Shown: positions 48,090-57,853 of the stretch, piece by piece | How positions within the stretch are numbered: the first letter of the stretch is position 1 | Layout: every line of letters starts with the position of its first letter | NCBI GenBank assembly: GCA_963674705.1 | Contig: OY771506.1 | Location: 2,048,001-2,112,000 of the forward strand | DNA: 64,000 nucleotides | Direction of reading: 5' to 3' | Origin: Phycisphaeraceae bacterium | Lineage (GTDB): Bacteria; Planctomycetota; Phycisphaerae; Phycisphaerales; Phycisphaeraceae | Made by a program: the position numbers and the translations under genes | The notes under the pieces: model-generated | Seen by the model: only the letters and a program-made list of their open reading frames with translations | Database searches by the model: none | What the model was told of the DNA's origin: nothing

Positions 48090-48775
48090 CTCCGGAAGCT
48101 CTAGTGGCAACCAGATGCGATGAGTTCATCGCTCGATTCCGTAAACTGATCGATCTCTGGCAGCAGCATCTTTCAGTCCGGCCCGATCAGACACGGGCCA
48201 TTCTAACATTCATCCGCCGTTTCGACAGAGAGATGGCTGAGAAACTCCGCAGCTTCGACCGATCTCATGCGGTCGATCCTGTTGCGTCTATTCTGGTTTC
48301 GTCAACATTGATGGATGCACGACATGCAGCCGCAGGAATTGGTTCTGCTCGTGTGACGTTGCTGCTCTGGCAGCTCGAGAAGCACTGGACGATGAGGGGG
48401 TATCGCTACTCACCAAGCTTACAAACCAAGCTCCGGGGCTTCCTCTACGCCGTATGGGGCTTAAGCAGCGGCTACAGCACCAAACCACTAAGGTTACTGA
48501 CCCTAATGGTAGTTCTGTGGATTCTCACTTCACTGGCCCTTATTGCCGTACGTCCGTCGCCAACGACCTCAGCGGACGTGTACCGCGAAATATACACCGC
48601 GTTTTCGGTGATCGTATCGATCGGAGATGTCTTGCCAGCGGCCAATTCAGGAATTGCGTACTACGTCGTTCTTATCGCAGCAACTGGTGGCGGGATATTT
48701 GCCATGGTAAGTCTGCTGTCGATAGTTGGCGTCTACCTTTTGGTCTCTGACCAAGTATCCGGAAAGGCAGAATGA
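48086..48775 (+). CDS. Membrane protein with degenerate two-TM ion-channel-like C-terminus
   Basis: GYSTKPLR, TM helix, YTAFSVIVSIGDVLP, TM helix; resembles the Ion_trans_2 layout but lacks the GYG filter. Confidence 0.5.
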   Translation: MTPEALVATRCDEFIARFRKLIDLWQQHLSVRPDQTRAILTFIRRFDREMAEKLRSFDRSHAVDPVASILVSSTLMDARHAAAGIGSARVTLLLWQLEKHWTMRGYRYSPSLQTKLRGFLYAVWGLSSGYSTKPLRLLTLMVVLWILTSLALIAVRPSPTTSADVYREIYTAFSVIVSIGDVLPAANSGIAYYVVLIAATGGGIFAMVSLLSIVGVYLLVSDQVSGKAE

Positions 48776-49584
48776 ACGTATTGGCAAGCAAAAGCCATGA
48801 TGGCGTAGCGGTTGATCTAAGAGACATCACCCACTTCTACGTGAACAGAGGGCGATGCTTGCCTGTTGTTGATAGAGTGGGCATACAGATTCATGAGAAT
48901 CAGGTTGCCGCAATTGTCGGACCCTCTGGATGCGGGAAGACAACCATCTTGAGGATGATTGCTGGCCTCCTAACGCCGTCGTGCGGCAACGTATGGATAC
49001 ATGGTCAATCTCCAGCGGTGTACCTTGACCTTCGCAAGGTATCGTTCATGTTTCAGAAACCCGTGCTGCTTCCTTGGCGGACAGTCAGAGAGAACGTCCT
49101 GTTACCATTTGAGCTGGGTCCGAAGCGACGCGGCGGCGCGGATGCGTGCAGGCCGGCTGCGGCTGACCATTGGATCAACGTAGTTGGCCTAGATGATTTC
49201 CAGGATTATTACCCGCATCGCTTGTCTGGCGGCATGCAGTCGCGTGCAGCGTTGGCACGAGCCCTTGCGACTGCACCCTCGTTGTTGCTGATGGACGAAC
49301 CGTTTGGGCATCTGGACGAGCTGTCGCGCCTGCGACTGAATCAAGAATTGGCAGCAATGCATATTGAGTCGTTACCGACTATTGTGCTCGTTACGCATTC
49401 GATTGAGGAGGCCGTGCTTCTTGCCGACCGCGTATTCGTATTGTCTTCCTGCCCTGCCCGAGTCAGTGATGTCATTGACATAAATATCGCTCGCCCCAGG
49501 CCTCGACACATTGTTGATTCTCCCGCATTTCAGCAGTACGTGAAGCAAACACGTTCATCGCTCAACGAAGGATGTGCATCATGA
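48772..49584 (+). CDS. ABC transporter ATP-binding protein, NitT/TauT family
   Basis: GPSGCGKT, LSGGMQ, LLLMDEPF, VTHSIEEAV. Confidence 0.93.
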   Translation: MNVLASKSHDGVAVDLRDITHFYVNRGRCLPVVDRVGIQIHENQVAAIVGPSGCGKTTILRMIAGLLTPSCGNVWIHGQSPAVYLDLRKVSFMFQKPVLLPWRTVRENVLLPFELGPKRRGGADACRPAAADHWINVVGLDDFQDYYPHRLSGGMQSRAALARALATAPSLLLMDEPFGHLDELSRLRLNQELAAMHIESLPTIVLVTHSIEEAVLLADRVFVLSSCPARVSDVIDINIARPRPRHIVDSPAFQQYVKQTRSSLNEGCAS

Positions 49585-50717
49585 AGCCGTACGACTTCTT
49601 GGTGGTTGGCTTGGGTGCAGAATCGGCGGTGCTACTTGAAGCCATCGAGCGGCGCTATGAGGTCGTCACCTGCGTCAGTACCACGGAAGTCACTTCAACT
49701 GTCGCAAGTAGAGGTGGCCCACGGGCCGGCATCGTACTGGGGGGCGAAGCAGACTTGGACGACGCAAAACTTTGCAGTCTTGAAATACCGACAGCCACTC
49801 CAGTTGTTGTCGTAGGTAACCAGGGGTGTGCGTCGGCGGTCAGTGTGTTTAAGAACTCCCCACTATTTCGCATAGATGTCGGATCAGAGATTGCGGATCT
49901 GATGGCCCTTCTTGATAGGCTTGCGGTGGCATGTAGACATCGACACAGCATCCTTCGCAATGGTTTAGTACGGGTGATTGCCCCCGGAAGCCTAATGGCC
50001 TCGATAATTATCGCGTGGGAACTGATGTGTCGCTATCTCCACGTTCCAGTGTGGCTACTCCCACCACCTTCGCAGATCGCACTTGCAGTGATGCAGCACG
50101 CCGACAGTCTCCTGATAGACACCGCGATCACCGGCGGCGAGGCGTTGGCGGGCTTTCTGCTGGCAAACGTAGTATCATTGCTGGCGGCGGCGATCTTCTG
50201 TCACATTCGGTGGATTGAACGGTCCACCTATCCACTACTAATCGGACTAAAGTCGGTGCCGGTGGTCGCGCTGGCCCCACTTCTGGTGCTATGGCTCGGA
50301 TATGGTCCCGCAAGCAAGATTACCATGGCCGCTATTGTTGCGTTCTTTCCGCTGGTCGTGAACGCAACATTAGGATTGCGCAGCGTGGAGCATGACGCGA
50401 TCGACCTGTTTCGCACACATGGAGCGACTAAGTTGCAGATACTGCTGAAGCTCCGAATCCCGACGGCCGTTCCGTACATATTTGCTGCTCTACGCGTTTC
50501 GGCAACGCTGGCTGTGGTAGGTGCTATTGTCGCCGAACTTACCGGCGCAACTTCCGGCATCGGATTCGCAATCATCATGGCTTTCTACAACGTCGACACT
50601 CCGATGCTATTCGCCGCGCTCCTATGCGCCTCAGGTATGGGGTTGCTGCTATTCGCGTTGGTGATCACATTCGAATGGGTGTTTGCACATCGCTTCCGAA
50701 TTGATAGCAGGAGATAA
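49581..50717 (+). CDS. ABC transporter permease, NitT/TauT family, with about 130-aa N-terminal extra domain
   Basis: WLLPPPSQI, PVVALAPLLVLWLGYG, EAA-like loop, GAIVAE; soluble alpha/beta N-terminal extension. Confidence 0.88.
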   Translation: MKPYDFLVVGLGAESAVLLEAIERRYEVVTCVSTTEVTSTVASRGGPRAGIVLGGEADLDDAKLCSLEIPTATPVVVVGNQGCASAVSVFKNSPLFRIDVGSEIADLMALLDRLAVACRHRHSILRNGLVRVIAPGSLMASIIIAWELMCRYLHVPVWLLPPPSQIALAVMQHADSLLIDTAITGGEALAGFLLANVVSLLAAAIFCHIRWIERSTYPLLIGLKSVPVVALAPLLVLWLGYGPASKITMAAIVAFFPLVVNATLGLRSVEHDAIDLFRTHGATKLQILLKLRIPTAVPYIFAALRVSATLAVVGAIVAELTGATSGIGFAIIMAFYNVDTPMLFAALLCASGMGLLLFALVITFEWVFAHRFRIDSRR

Positions 50718-50721
50718 CACG

Positions 50722-52734
50722 ATGTCACTATATCGAAAGACCGTCCTATCCGTGGTCTTGATTTCCTTGATCGTGGCTGCCACAGTTGTGATCTGGCGCA
50801 TCAACAATAGCCAGATTGCTGGCGGAGACAACCATGCTCCCGTGGAAGTGCGCTTTCAGTTGAAGTGGCTGATGTACTCTGGCTTCGGCCCGCAGGCATT
50901 GGGTGTAGCCGACGGAATCTACGAGCGCGCGGGTGTGGATGTTACGCTGATGCCCGGAGGACCTGGCAAAGATCCCCTGAGACTGGTGGCAACCGGGAAG
51001 GCCGACGTGGGATTAGCGAGCTTTGACCAGATTCTTCTAGCGCGAAGTAAGGGATTGCCGATCATTGCCATCTCTGAAGATACCACTAAATCCGGAGTTG
51101 GGTTTATCGCATTGGAGGGCAGTGGCATTACGACTCCGCACGACTTTGCTGGAAAACGTGTCGGAGTAATGCCCGGTACCGACAAGGGCACCCTCTATGA
51201 AGCCTTGATGGCAAAGCTGAATATTGACCGCAGCACAATCACCGAGATACCGGTGGGTCCTAATCTGGAAATGCTTCTTAATGGGACCGTGGATGTCTTC
51301 CCTTCATTCATCACAAACCAACCGATACTCGCTGAGGAACGGGGCTTCCGAGTGAACATTATAGACCCCTACCAGTACGGCATTCGGCCTGGAGGAAACG
51401 TGGTTTTCACGTCGGAGGAGACGCTCAGAACCCAGCGGGAAGATCTTAAGCGATTTCTAGTTGGGGAGTTGTGGGCAATTAGGGCATCTTTGGAAACAAC
51501 TGATGATAACGTAGTTGATGCTGTGGTTGACCTAAACCCGCAGTTGGATCGTGCCGCAGAGCTGCGCATATGGCGTGCAACTCGAGATATGCTCTACGCG
51601 AAGGAGCCACTGCAACTCGGCCGGATGGATGAGCAACTATGGAATCACACGGCCGAGGTCTGGCAGTCATCCGGACTGTTACCCAAAGACATCAACGTAA
51701 AGGAATGCTATACGAACAGTCTCGTTGATGAGATCCACAAAAGCGGTCTCCTGGATTCAGGCGTATCAGACCACCTGCAATCAGATGTAGCGTATACACA
51801 TCGACAGTCAAAGCTGCGACATGTGACAGTCAGCCTAGGTTGGCAACCTAATGCCAATTCGTGTGGGCAGATCGCCGCGCTCGAACTCGGTTTCTACAAG
51901 GCCCAAGGATTGGATGTCACTTTTGAGCCTGGAGGGATCGACAATCCGTCAGTCGTCCGGGTCGCCTCTGGCTCGTCAGACATTGGCATCGCCAATAGTC
52001 CCGTGCTAGTGATCAACGCCGTTTCTTCAGGGGTACCACTTCAGATCGTTGGGACAATTCAGCACACAGGATATCACGCGTTTTTTTCTCGTGCGGAGTC
52101 AAAGATTGCGTCTGTTGAAGACTGGCGAGGAAAGCGAGTAGGTATCAAGCCGGGCAGTCCCACATACTTTCTGTATCATGAGATGCTTCTGAGGAATGGC
52201 GTCGATAGAGCCGAGTTGCATGAGGTACCTCTCAAATACGGTGTGCAGCCGTTTGTAGCCAATGATGTGGATGTGTATCCAGGCGCACTTACAAACGAGA
52301 TGCTTGTCCTTGAGGAACTCGGAATTGATATAGTGATTCTGCACCCAGAGGACAGCGGAATTCCAACTTGTGGCAGCGTTATCTTTGCGAACAGGGAATA
52401 CATCGACCAACATCCAGAGGTAGTGAAAGCATTTGTCTCCGCAACTATGGCTGGCTGGGAATGGTGCCTGGAGCCCGAGAATGAGGCGGAGGCAATAGAA
52501 CACCTCAGCAAACACTGCCGCAACATCGACCGAAATAAGGAACTCAATGCTCTGCGAATGAACCGGGAACTGGTCATGCAGCATGCATTGGGGGCGAACA
52601 ACTTGGAACGATTATCACAGATCATGGAAAGCATGAAGGCGCGTGGGCTTATACGTTCAGATATTGAACTGAATGAGGTAGTTCATAGCGTCCCACACAA
52701 CAGAGCGCCGTGCCCTGAGCATGCCCAAAAGTAG
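50722..52734 (+). CDS. Substrate-binding protein with two tandem NMT1/THI5-like domains
   Basis: Two homologous units (QLKW...GIYERAGVDV...PGG...GKRVG and SLGW...GFYKAQGLDV...PGG...GKRVG); N-terminal TM anchor; AGGAG upstream of ATG 50722. Confidence 0.88.
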   Translation: MSLYRKTVLSVVLISLIVAATVVIWRINNSQIAGGDNHAPVEVRFQLKWLMYSGFGPQALGVADGIYERAGVDVTLMPGGPGKDPLRLVATGKADVGLASFDQILLARSKGLPIIAISEDTTKSGVGFIALEGSGITTPHDFAGKRVGVMPGTDKGTLYEALMAKLNIDRSTITEIPVGPNLEMLLNGTVDVFPSFITNQPILAEERGFRVNIIDPYQYGIRPGGNVVFTSEETLRTQREDLKRFLVGELWAIRASLETTDDNVVDAVVDLNPQLDRAAELRIWRATRDMLYAKEPLQLGRMDEQLWNHTAEVWQSSGLLPKDINVKECYTNSLVDEIHKSGLLDSGVSDHLQSDVAYTHRQSKLRHVTVSLGWQPNANSCGQIAALELGFYKAQGLDVTFEPGGIDNPSVVRVASGSSDIGIANSPVLVINAVSSGVPLQIVGTIQHTGYHAFFSRAESKIASVEDWRGKRVGIKPGSPTYFLYHEMLLRNGVDRAELHEVPLKYGVQPFVANDVDVYPGALTNEMLVLEELGIDIVILHPEDSGIPTCGSVIFANREYIDQHPEVVKAFVSATMAGWEWCLEPENEAEAIEHLSKHCRNIDRNKELNALRMNRELVMQHALGANNLERLSQIMESMKARGLIRSDIELNEVVHSVPHNRAPCPEHAQK

Positions 52735-52746
52735 GTACCTGAGTCG

Positions 52747-53712
52747 ATGAACCCTTCGTCGCCTAAACTGAAGGAATCTGTAATAAATTGTATCGCTCGA
52801 CTCAGGGCGAGTGCTGTGGATCGGCTCACATCTAGGCTCAGGCATATGCTGGATGATTCAGCAGTAAGACGCCTCTGGTTGACGCATGGACTGCTTGCAT
52901 CGAAGGATGGCCGCTACGCTCTCAGTGATATCGTCGGCCCGCTGGAGGGGGATAATCAGCTCGCCCCGGTATGTGCCGAAATCGGTTGGAGGTCAGACTC
53001 GGCCCATGACTGCAACCCCTTTGACGGCCTCGATCCAGACTTCTATGACGTTGTAGCCACAACGGCCCCGCGAGACCAGATAATTGCACAGGCGATTGTG
53101 AATTGTGACCCACTGGGACTCGCTGACCGCTCGCGTGGCGGCGATCGGGCAAGACTGTTGGACATCGGATGCGGCACTGGCATTGTCGCAAGAGTTCTAC
53201 GTGACCTTGGCTTCGAGTTTGCCATCGACTCGCTGGATATTGCTGGGCAGCATATTGCTCATTGTCGCAGTTACAACCTGCCGCGCACGCGGTGGATCGT
53301 CGGCGATGCAACGCACGTCAATCTTGATGAGAGGTACCTCGCCGTTCATGCGTTCATGGTTCATCATCACCTGCGTGATTTCGTAGCGAGTTTCCAGTGC
53401 GTAGCTCGCGCATTGGCACCTCACGGAGTCTTTTCATACACCGACAAATGCTCTATTCCAGCAAGCGACGAACGAAATGTGATCGGTCTCCGCCCAATCA
53501 AAGCCCGTTTAAGCACTGGTAGCCAAAATCCGAGAGTCACAGTAGTGCGGAACTACAGGGGCATCCACACTCGACCGCACCCCGAGCACTTTCAGGAGTT
53601 CAATAACCCTGTTGGCGAAATAGCCAGTGCACTTGCGTTTACGAAGATGCGCACCAAACAGGTTTGGTGGTACCAGCCCTATATATTCCAGTTCCTATGC
53701 AATGGGCAGTAG
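52747..53712 (+). CDS. Class I SAM-dependent methyltransferase
   Basis: Motif I LLDIGCGTG, LDI, GDA, and LAPHGVF. Confidence 0.85.
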   Translation: MNPSSPKLKESVINCIARLRASAVDRLTSRLRHMLDDSAVRRLWLTHGLLASKDGRYALSDIVGPLEGDNQLAPVCAEIGWRSDSAHDCNPFDGLDPDFYDVVATTAPRDQIIAQAIVNCDPLGLADRSRGGDRARLLDIGCGTGIVARVLRDLGFEFAIDSLDIAGQHIAHCRSYNLPRTRWIVGDATHVNLDERYLAVHAFMVHHHLRDFVASFQCVARALAPHGVFSYTDKCSIPASDERNVIGLRPIKARLSTGSQNPRVTVVRNYRGIHTRPHPEHFQEFNNPVGEIASALAFTKMRTKQVWWYQPYIFQFLCNGQ

Positions 53713-54037
53713 CTAAGCTAAGGTACGGTGATCTTCATCTAAGGCGGATACGGGAAAGACCATGGCTCTTGCCGCACGCCGTATATGACATGGAGGGCCG
53801 TTTAGTTCAGCTAAGTCTCGCATGCGATCCATACTGCAAGTGTTAGCGTCACAGTGCTGGTGGCTCGCCCTCGGTCTGGGGCGACGACGGGCGGCATGGA
53901 TAGCGCTGCCCCGTTTAAGGCAACTCATGCGTAGTGATATGTGAACGCTCTTCGAACTATCTAATGGAGTTATTTTCTTGACAGCTCTACCGATTATTCA
54001 TCCAACACTCCCAGGTGAATTTCTGGGTAAGTCATAT

Positions 54038-55043
54038 TAGAGCGTCTTCCAATCTCATGTAGCATACCCGCAGCTGCGGAAGTAGTTGCGGCACTCGTCC
54101 AGGGATACCGCACGCAACGCCCGACCGATCGCCTCAATCAGTTTGTCGCTGGTCCGCGCGGCGGCGGCACGCAGCAGGGCTTTGACCTTGCTCCACATCT
54201 TCTCGATCGGGTTGAAGTCCGGTGAGTACGGCGGTAAGTACCACAGGTCACAGCCCGCCGCTTCGATCGCTTCACGCACCCCGCGCACCTTATGCGACGC
54301 CAGGTTATCCATCACGACGATCTGGCCTTGCTTTAGTGCCGGGGCCAGGCAACGCTCGACGTAGCCGCGGAACAGCGCCGCATCCGTCGCGCCGTCGAAG
54401 GCCAGCGTCGCCCGTTGGATCACACCCTCACAACCGATCGCGCTGAGCATCGTCGTCGTACGCCAGTGGCTGTGCGGCGCCGCGGCGTCCAGCCGGCAAC
54501 CGCGTCCGGCCCAGCCCCGCAGGCGGGTCATGTTCGTCTTCGCGCCCGATTCATCCAGGAACACAAGCTGCTTAGGCTCGATGAACCGCGTGGCGATGCG
54601 GAAGTTCACACGCTGACGCTTCACATCCGCGCGGTCCTGCTCGCCGGGCCGTAATGACTTTTTTTAAACGTCCACCCCAGCTTCCAACGCACCGTCCGCC
54701 ACATCGTGCCCAGCCCGCAACGGATGCCCAGCTCACGCTCACAACGCACACGCAACGCATCCAGCGTCGTGTCCGGCTTCTGCTTGAGCATCGCATGTAC
54801 ACGCTGCAGGTCTTTGCCGGCGAACCGGCTGACGTAGTCGCCGCCCTGAGGCCGCGGCGCGATCCCCTCGCCTTCACGACGCCGTTGCTTGAGCCGACGC
54901 ACCCACGAGGCGCTGACCGAGAACCGCTTGGCCACCTCACGCGTGCCGTGCCCGGCATCACACGCCGCCAACACCCGCTTCCGCAGATCCATTGAATATG
55001 CCTTCATCAAAGCCTCCTTGCTTGAAGGCACAGCATAATCACT
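54038..55043 (-). mobile_element. IS630-family element with -1 frameshift-split transposase; upstream end removed by element B
   Basis: orfA from ATG 55007 (MKAYSMDLRKRV). The A7G slippery site at 54658-54665 joins to KKSLRPGEQDRADVKRQR...FLDESG...MDNL...LPPYSPDFNPIEKMWSKVK (ends 54055). One end, TAGAGCGTCTTCCAAT, begins at 54038. Confidence 0.9.
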
Positions 55044-56469
55044 TGTAGAGTGGTCCAAACCCTCTTCGGTAAGTCGGGTATGATTTTTTTGTGGTGCTGG
55101 CCCGCTGAATTTCAGATTTTTACAAAAAGATTTGGGGGTGCTTCAGCGGGAACCAGTGGGGCGATTGGGTCGGCGAAGGGGGCCAGGCAAATCGGCATCG
55201 ACTGGCAATCCGCCGGGGGTGGTCAATAATGTTGGGCAGTTGCCAATACTGGACTTAGGGGAGTGGAGAAGATGTTGCCGCGTTGGGTAATTTTGCTGTT
55301 TACATTGCTTACTGAGGCCTGGTCGGTCCACCGAGATAACCATATCCGGTTCCTGAAACTCCAGCTCGAACTGTATAAGGGGAAGGTACCAGGCAACCGT
55401 GTGATCCTGTCGCCGGAGGAGCGTCATCACATGCTTCGGTTGGGCAAGAAGCTGGGTCATAAAGTAGATGATCTCATCGGGATCGTGAGTGTCAAGACCT
55501 ACAAGCGGTGGCTGCGAGAGGAGCAGGGGGGCCGGGAACCGGGGCGAGTCGGCCGGCCGCGGAAGATCACCGCGTCGGTCCGTGCGTTGATCCTGCGCTT
55601 GGCCGGGGAAAATACCGGCTGGGGCGTAAGACGGATCGTGGGCGAGTTGCGGAAGCTGGCGCTGACGCCCAGCCGCAGCTCGGTGCAGCGTGTGCTGGTC
55701 GATGAAGGGATATTGCCGGACCCGGACCGCCGCGCACCGAAGGGCGTGGTGACCACGCCGTGGCGGCTGTTCGTGTCGGCACATCTCAACACGATGGTGG
55801 CGACAGACTTCTTCTGCAAGAACGTCTGGACGCCATTTGGCAAACGTGTCGCTTTTGGGTTGATGTTCATCCATTTGGGGAGCCGGAAGGTGTTCGTCAG
55901 CCCGAGCACTTACCATCCAACGGGCGAGTGGGTGCAGCAACAAGCACGCAACGTGACGATGTGGCTGGAGGATGAAAACCTGGAACTTCGCTTCCTGATC
56001 CACGACGGTGACACGAAGTTCACCGAAGCTTTCGACGAACACTTCCGAAACGTGGGCGAACAGGTCGTCCAGACCCCGTTCCAGGCTCCGATCGCGAATT
56101 GTTTCGCCGAATCGTGGATCGGCACCCTTAAGCGCGAGTCTCTGAACCACTTCTTCTGTTTCAGTCTCCGCCACATGGATCACATCGTGCAAACGTATGT
56201 GAACTACTATAATCGTCTCCGCCCGCATCAAGGCAAAGACAATAGGCCGTTGACGATGAGCTATGATCCGATCCCCATCCGTGCGACCGAATCCCCGCCG
56301 CAGACCGAGAAACTCGGGCCTGTTCAGAGGCATGCATTGTTGGGTGGTCTGTTGAGTTATTATGAGCGAAAAGCAGCATGAAATAAGGTAAAAATGGGCA
56401 GTGCCCTACATTTTGAACCGCCCCCGAGTGGTTGCAGCTTTTCGCCGAACTCGCAAGTGGACCACTTCA
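55044..56469 (+). mobile_element. IS element 'B', complete copy 2
   Basis: Left end TGTAGAGTGGTCCAAACC at 55044; right end TGGACCACTTCA at 56458-56469. Confidence 0.88.
55263..56381 (+). CDS. rve/DDE transposase of element B
   Basis: Paralogue of 36236..37333: nearly identical N-terminal half, more diverged C-terminal half. Confidence 0.9.
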   Translation: MEKMLPRWVILLFTLLTEAWSVHRDNHIRFLKLQLELYKGKVPGNRVILSPEERHHMLRLGKKLGHKVDDLIGIVSVKTYKRWLREEQGGREPGRVGRPRKITASVRALILRLAGENTGWGVRRIVGELRKLALTPSRSSVQRVLVDEGILPDPDRRAPKGVVTTPWRLFVSAHLNTMVATDFFCKNVWTPFGKRVAFGLMFIHLGSRKVFVSPSTYHPTGEWVQQQARNVTMWLEDENLELRFLIHDGDTKFTEAFDEHFRNVGEQVVQTPFQAPIANCFAESWIGTLKRESLNHFFCFSLRHMDHIVQTYVNYYNRLRPHQGKDNRPLTMSYDPIPIRATESPPQTEKLGPVQRHALLGGLLSYYERKAA

Positions 56470-56485
56470 GTCTCAAACGACTTCA

Positions 56486-57754
56486 TCAATCTGCATCAAA
56501 TAAAAGATATCCGCTTACGGTCGTGTCTATCATGGGGTATTCAATCTTTGCACGGTAAACGTCAAAGTCGGTCAGATTCCATCCAGCTTTGTCGGTGATA
56601 TGTCTTGCGATCTGAACGTGCTTGGGGATATCGATGGTATGAGCCCCGACTTCACCGCGGCCGACATATTGCAGTTGTTCTGTGAATGGCAACTGTCCAT
56701 GCGCTTCGTACATGTCGTCGGGTCTGGTTTGTAAGGCGTGACCGTTGACCTTCAGGAGCGGCTGCATCCGTTCGTTTGGGAAGCCGTCGGCATGGACAAG
56801 GATGTGCAGGACGAGAAGTTTGGTGGGGATCCAGACACGCGTCCTTGCACCGAGCATGAGTTGGCCTTCATTGAACCCGGGCGTGATGTCTGCCTTGCGT
56901 CGCAGGCTACCGAAGGCGAGGTCTACCCGGCTCTTTTGGCCGACCTCGGCGCCGAGCAGTTCCGTGCGTGTTTCGCCATGCTCATTCGAGATGGTAGAGA
57001 ATTCCGGCAAGGGTTTGGAGCAGAACTCTTCAATAAGTGGCGCACCGATCCGCTGTACGGTGTCAGGGTCTAATGGCATTAAAGAGGCTTCATCGGGGTG
57101 CTTGTCTCCGCTGAAGAATTGAACACGGTCGACCAGCATGTTGGCTTCGGCTCGCAGGCGACGGAGCCCCTGGAAGGTGCGGATGTGCCCGTAGTCGACT
57201 CTGTTTTTGCCTTCTTTGCTGGGCGCGATAACTGCGGTGACCGAGCGGGTCGCGACTTCCATGCCCCAGTAGTACATGTGGCCTTTGAAGATCGCCTTAC
57301 GGCTTTGCAGGTCGGCCTGATAGATCGGGTCGGTCTGGTCGCCGAACGTACGACCGGCAACCATCGACTCGAGACTGGCGCGGTCGCCGGCATGATCTTC
57401 TACATATTGCTCAAACTCCTTGAACGCTTGTTCCGCCTCGTCGACTTGCGCGCGATCTAGGCCCTTCTTGCGTGCGGCATCAAAGACGCGTTGCATGGAT
57501 ACGCTCGAAGGGACAAAACGTGATGCGCCTAAAGCATCCGGGCAAGCAAGTACTTTCAATAGCAGCCAGCTCAGGTTCGAGTCAACGCCAAGGTATTTTT
57601 GTGCATCTCGACTCTTGCGTATCCCGTTTGGGAAGTGAGAGAATAGGTCTGTCAGAGTTAACCGAACACGATCCATTACCCTGCCGAAGTCGGCGGTGAA
57701 CGAATCCTCTTTCTCGGTGGTCGGATTGCTTTGGTTTGAAGAATGAATAATCAT
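56486..57754 (-). CDS. Hypothetical protein with possible N-terminal HTH (putative regulator)
   Basis: 422-aa ORF with HTH-like SRDAQKYLGVDSNLSWLLLK; no signal peptide. Confidence 0.6.
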   Translation of the reverse strand: MIIHSSNQSNPTTEKEDSFTADFGRVMDRVRLTLTDLFSHFPNGIRKSRDAQKYLGVDSNLSWLLLKVLACPDALGASRFVPSSVSMQRVFDAARKKGLDRAQVDEAEQAFKEFEQYVEDHAGDRASLESMVAGRTFGDQTDPIYQADLQSRKAIFKGHMYYWGMEVATRSVTAVIAPSKEGKNRVDYGHIRTFQGLRRLRAEANMLVDRVQFFSGDKHPDEASLMPLDPDTVQRIGAPLIEEFCSKPLPEFSTISNEHGETRTELLGAEVGQKSRVDLAFGSLRRKADITPGFNEGQLMLGARTRVWIPTKLLVLHILVHADGFPNERMQPLLKVNGHALQTRPDDMYEAHGQLPFTEQLQYVGRGEVGAHTIDIPKHVQIARHITDKAGWNLTDFDVYRAKIEYPMIDTTVSGYLLFDAD

Positions 57755-57853
57755 GTGACTTTATCGTAGCTGCTGGAAAGACTCACAGGTTTGTGATCTG
57801 TGAGTCATAACAATCTTGTTATAGCTTAAGATAACATATTCGATTCATACGTA

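Noticed and set aside
48086..48775. Functional potassium channel
   Set aside because: The TxGYG selectivity filter is absent; only the overall layout is channel-like.
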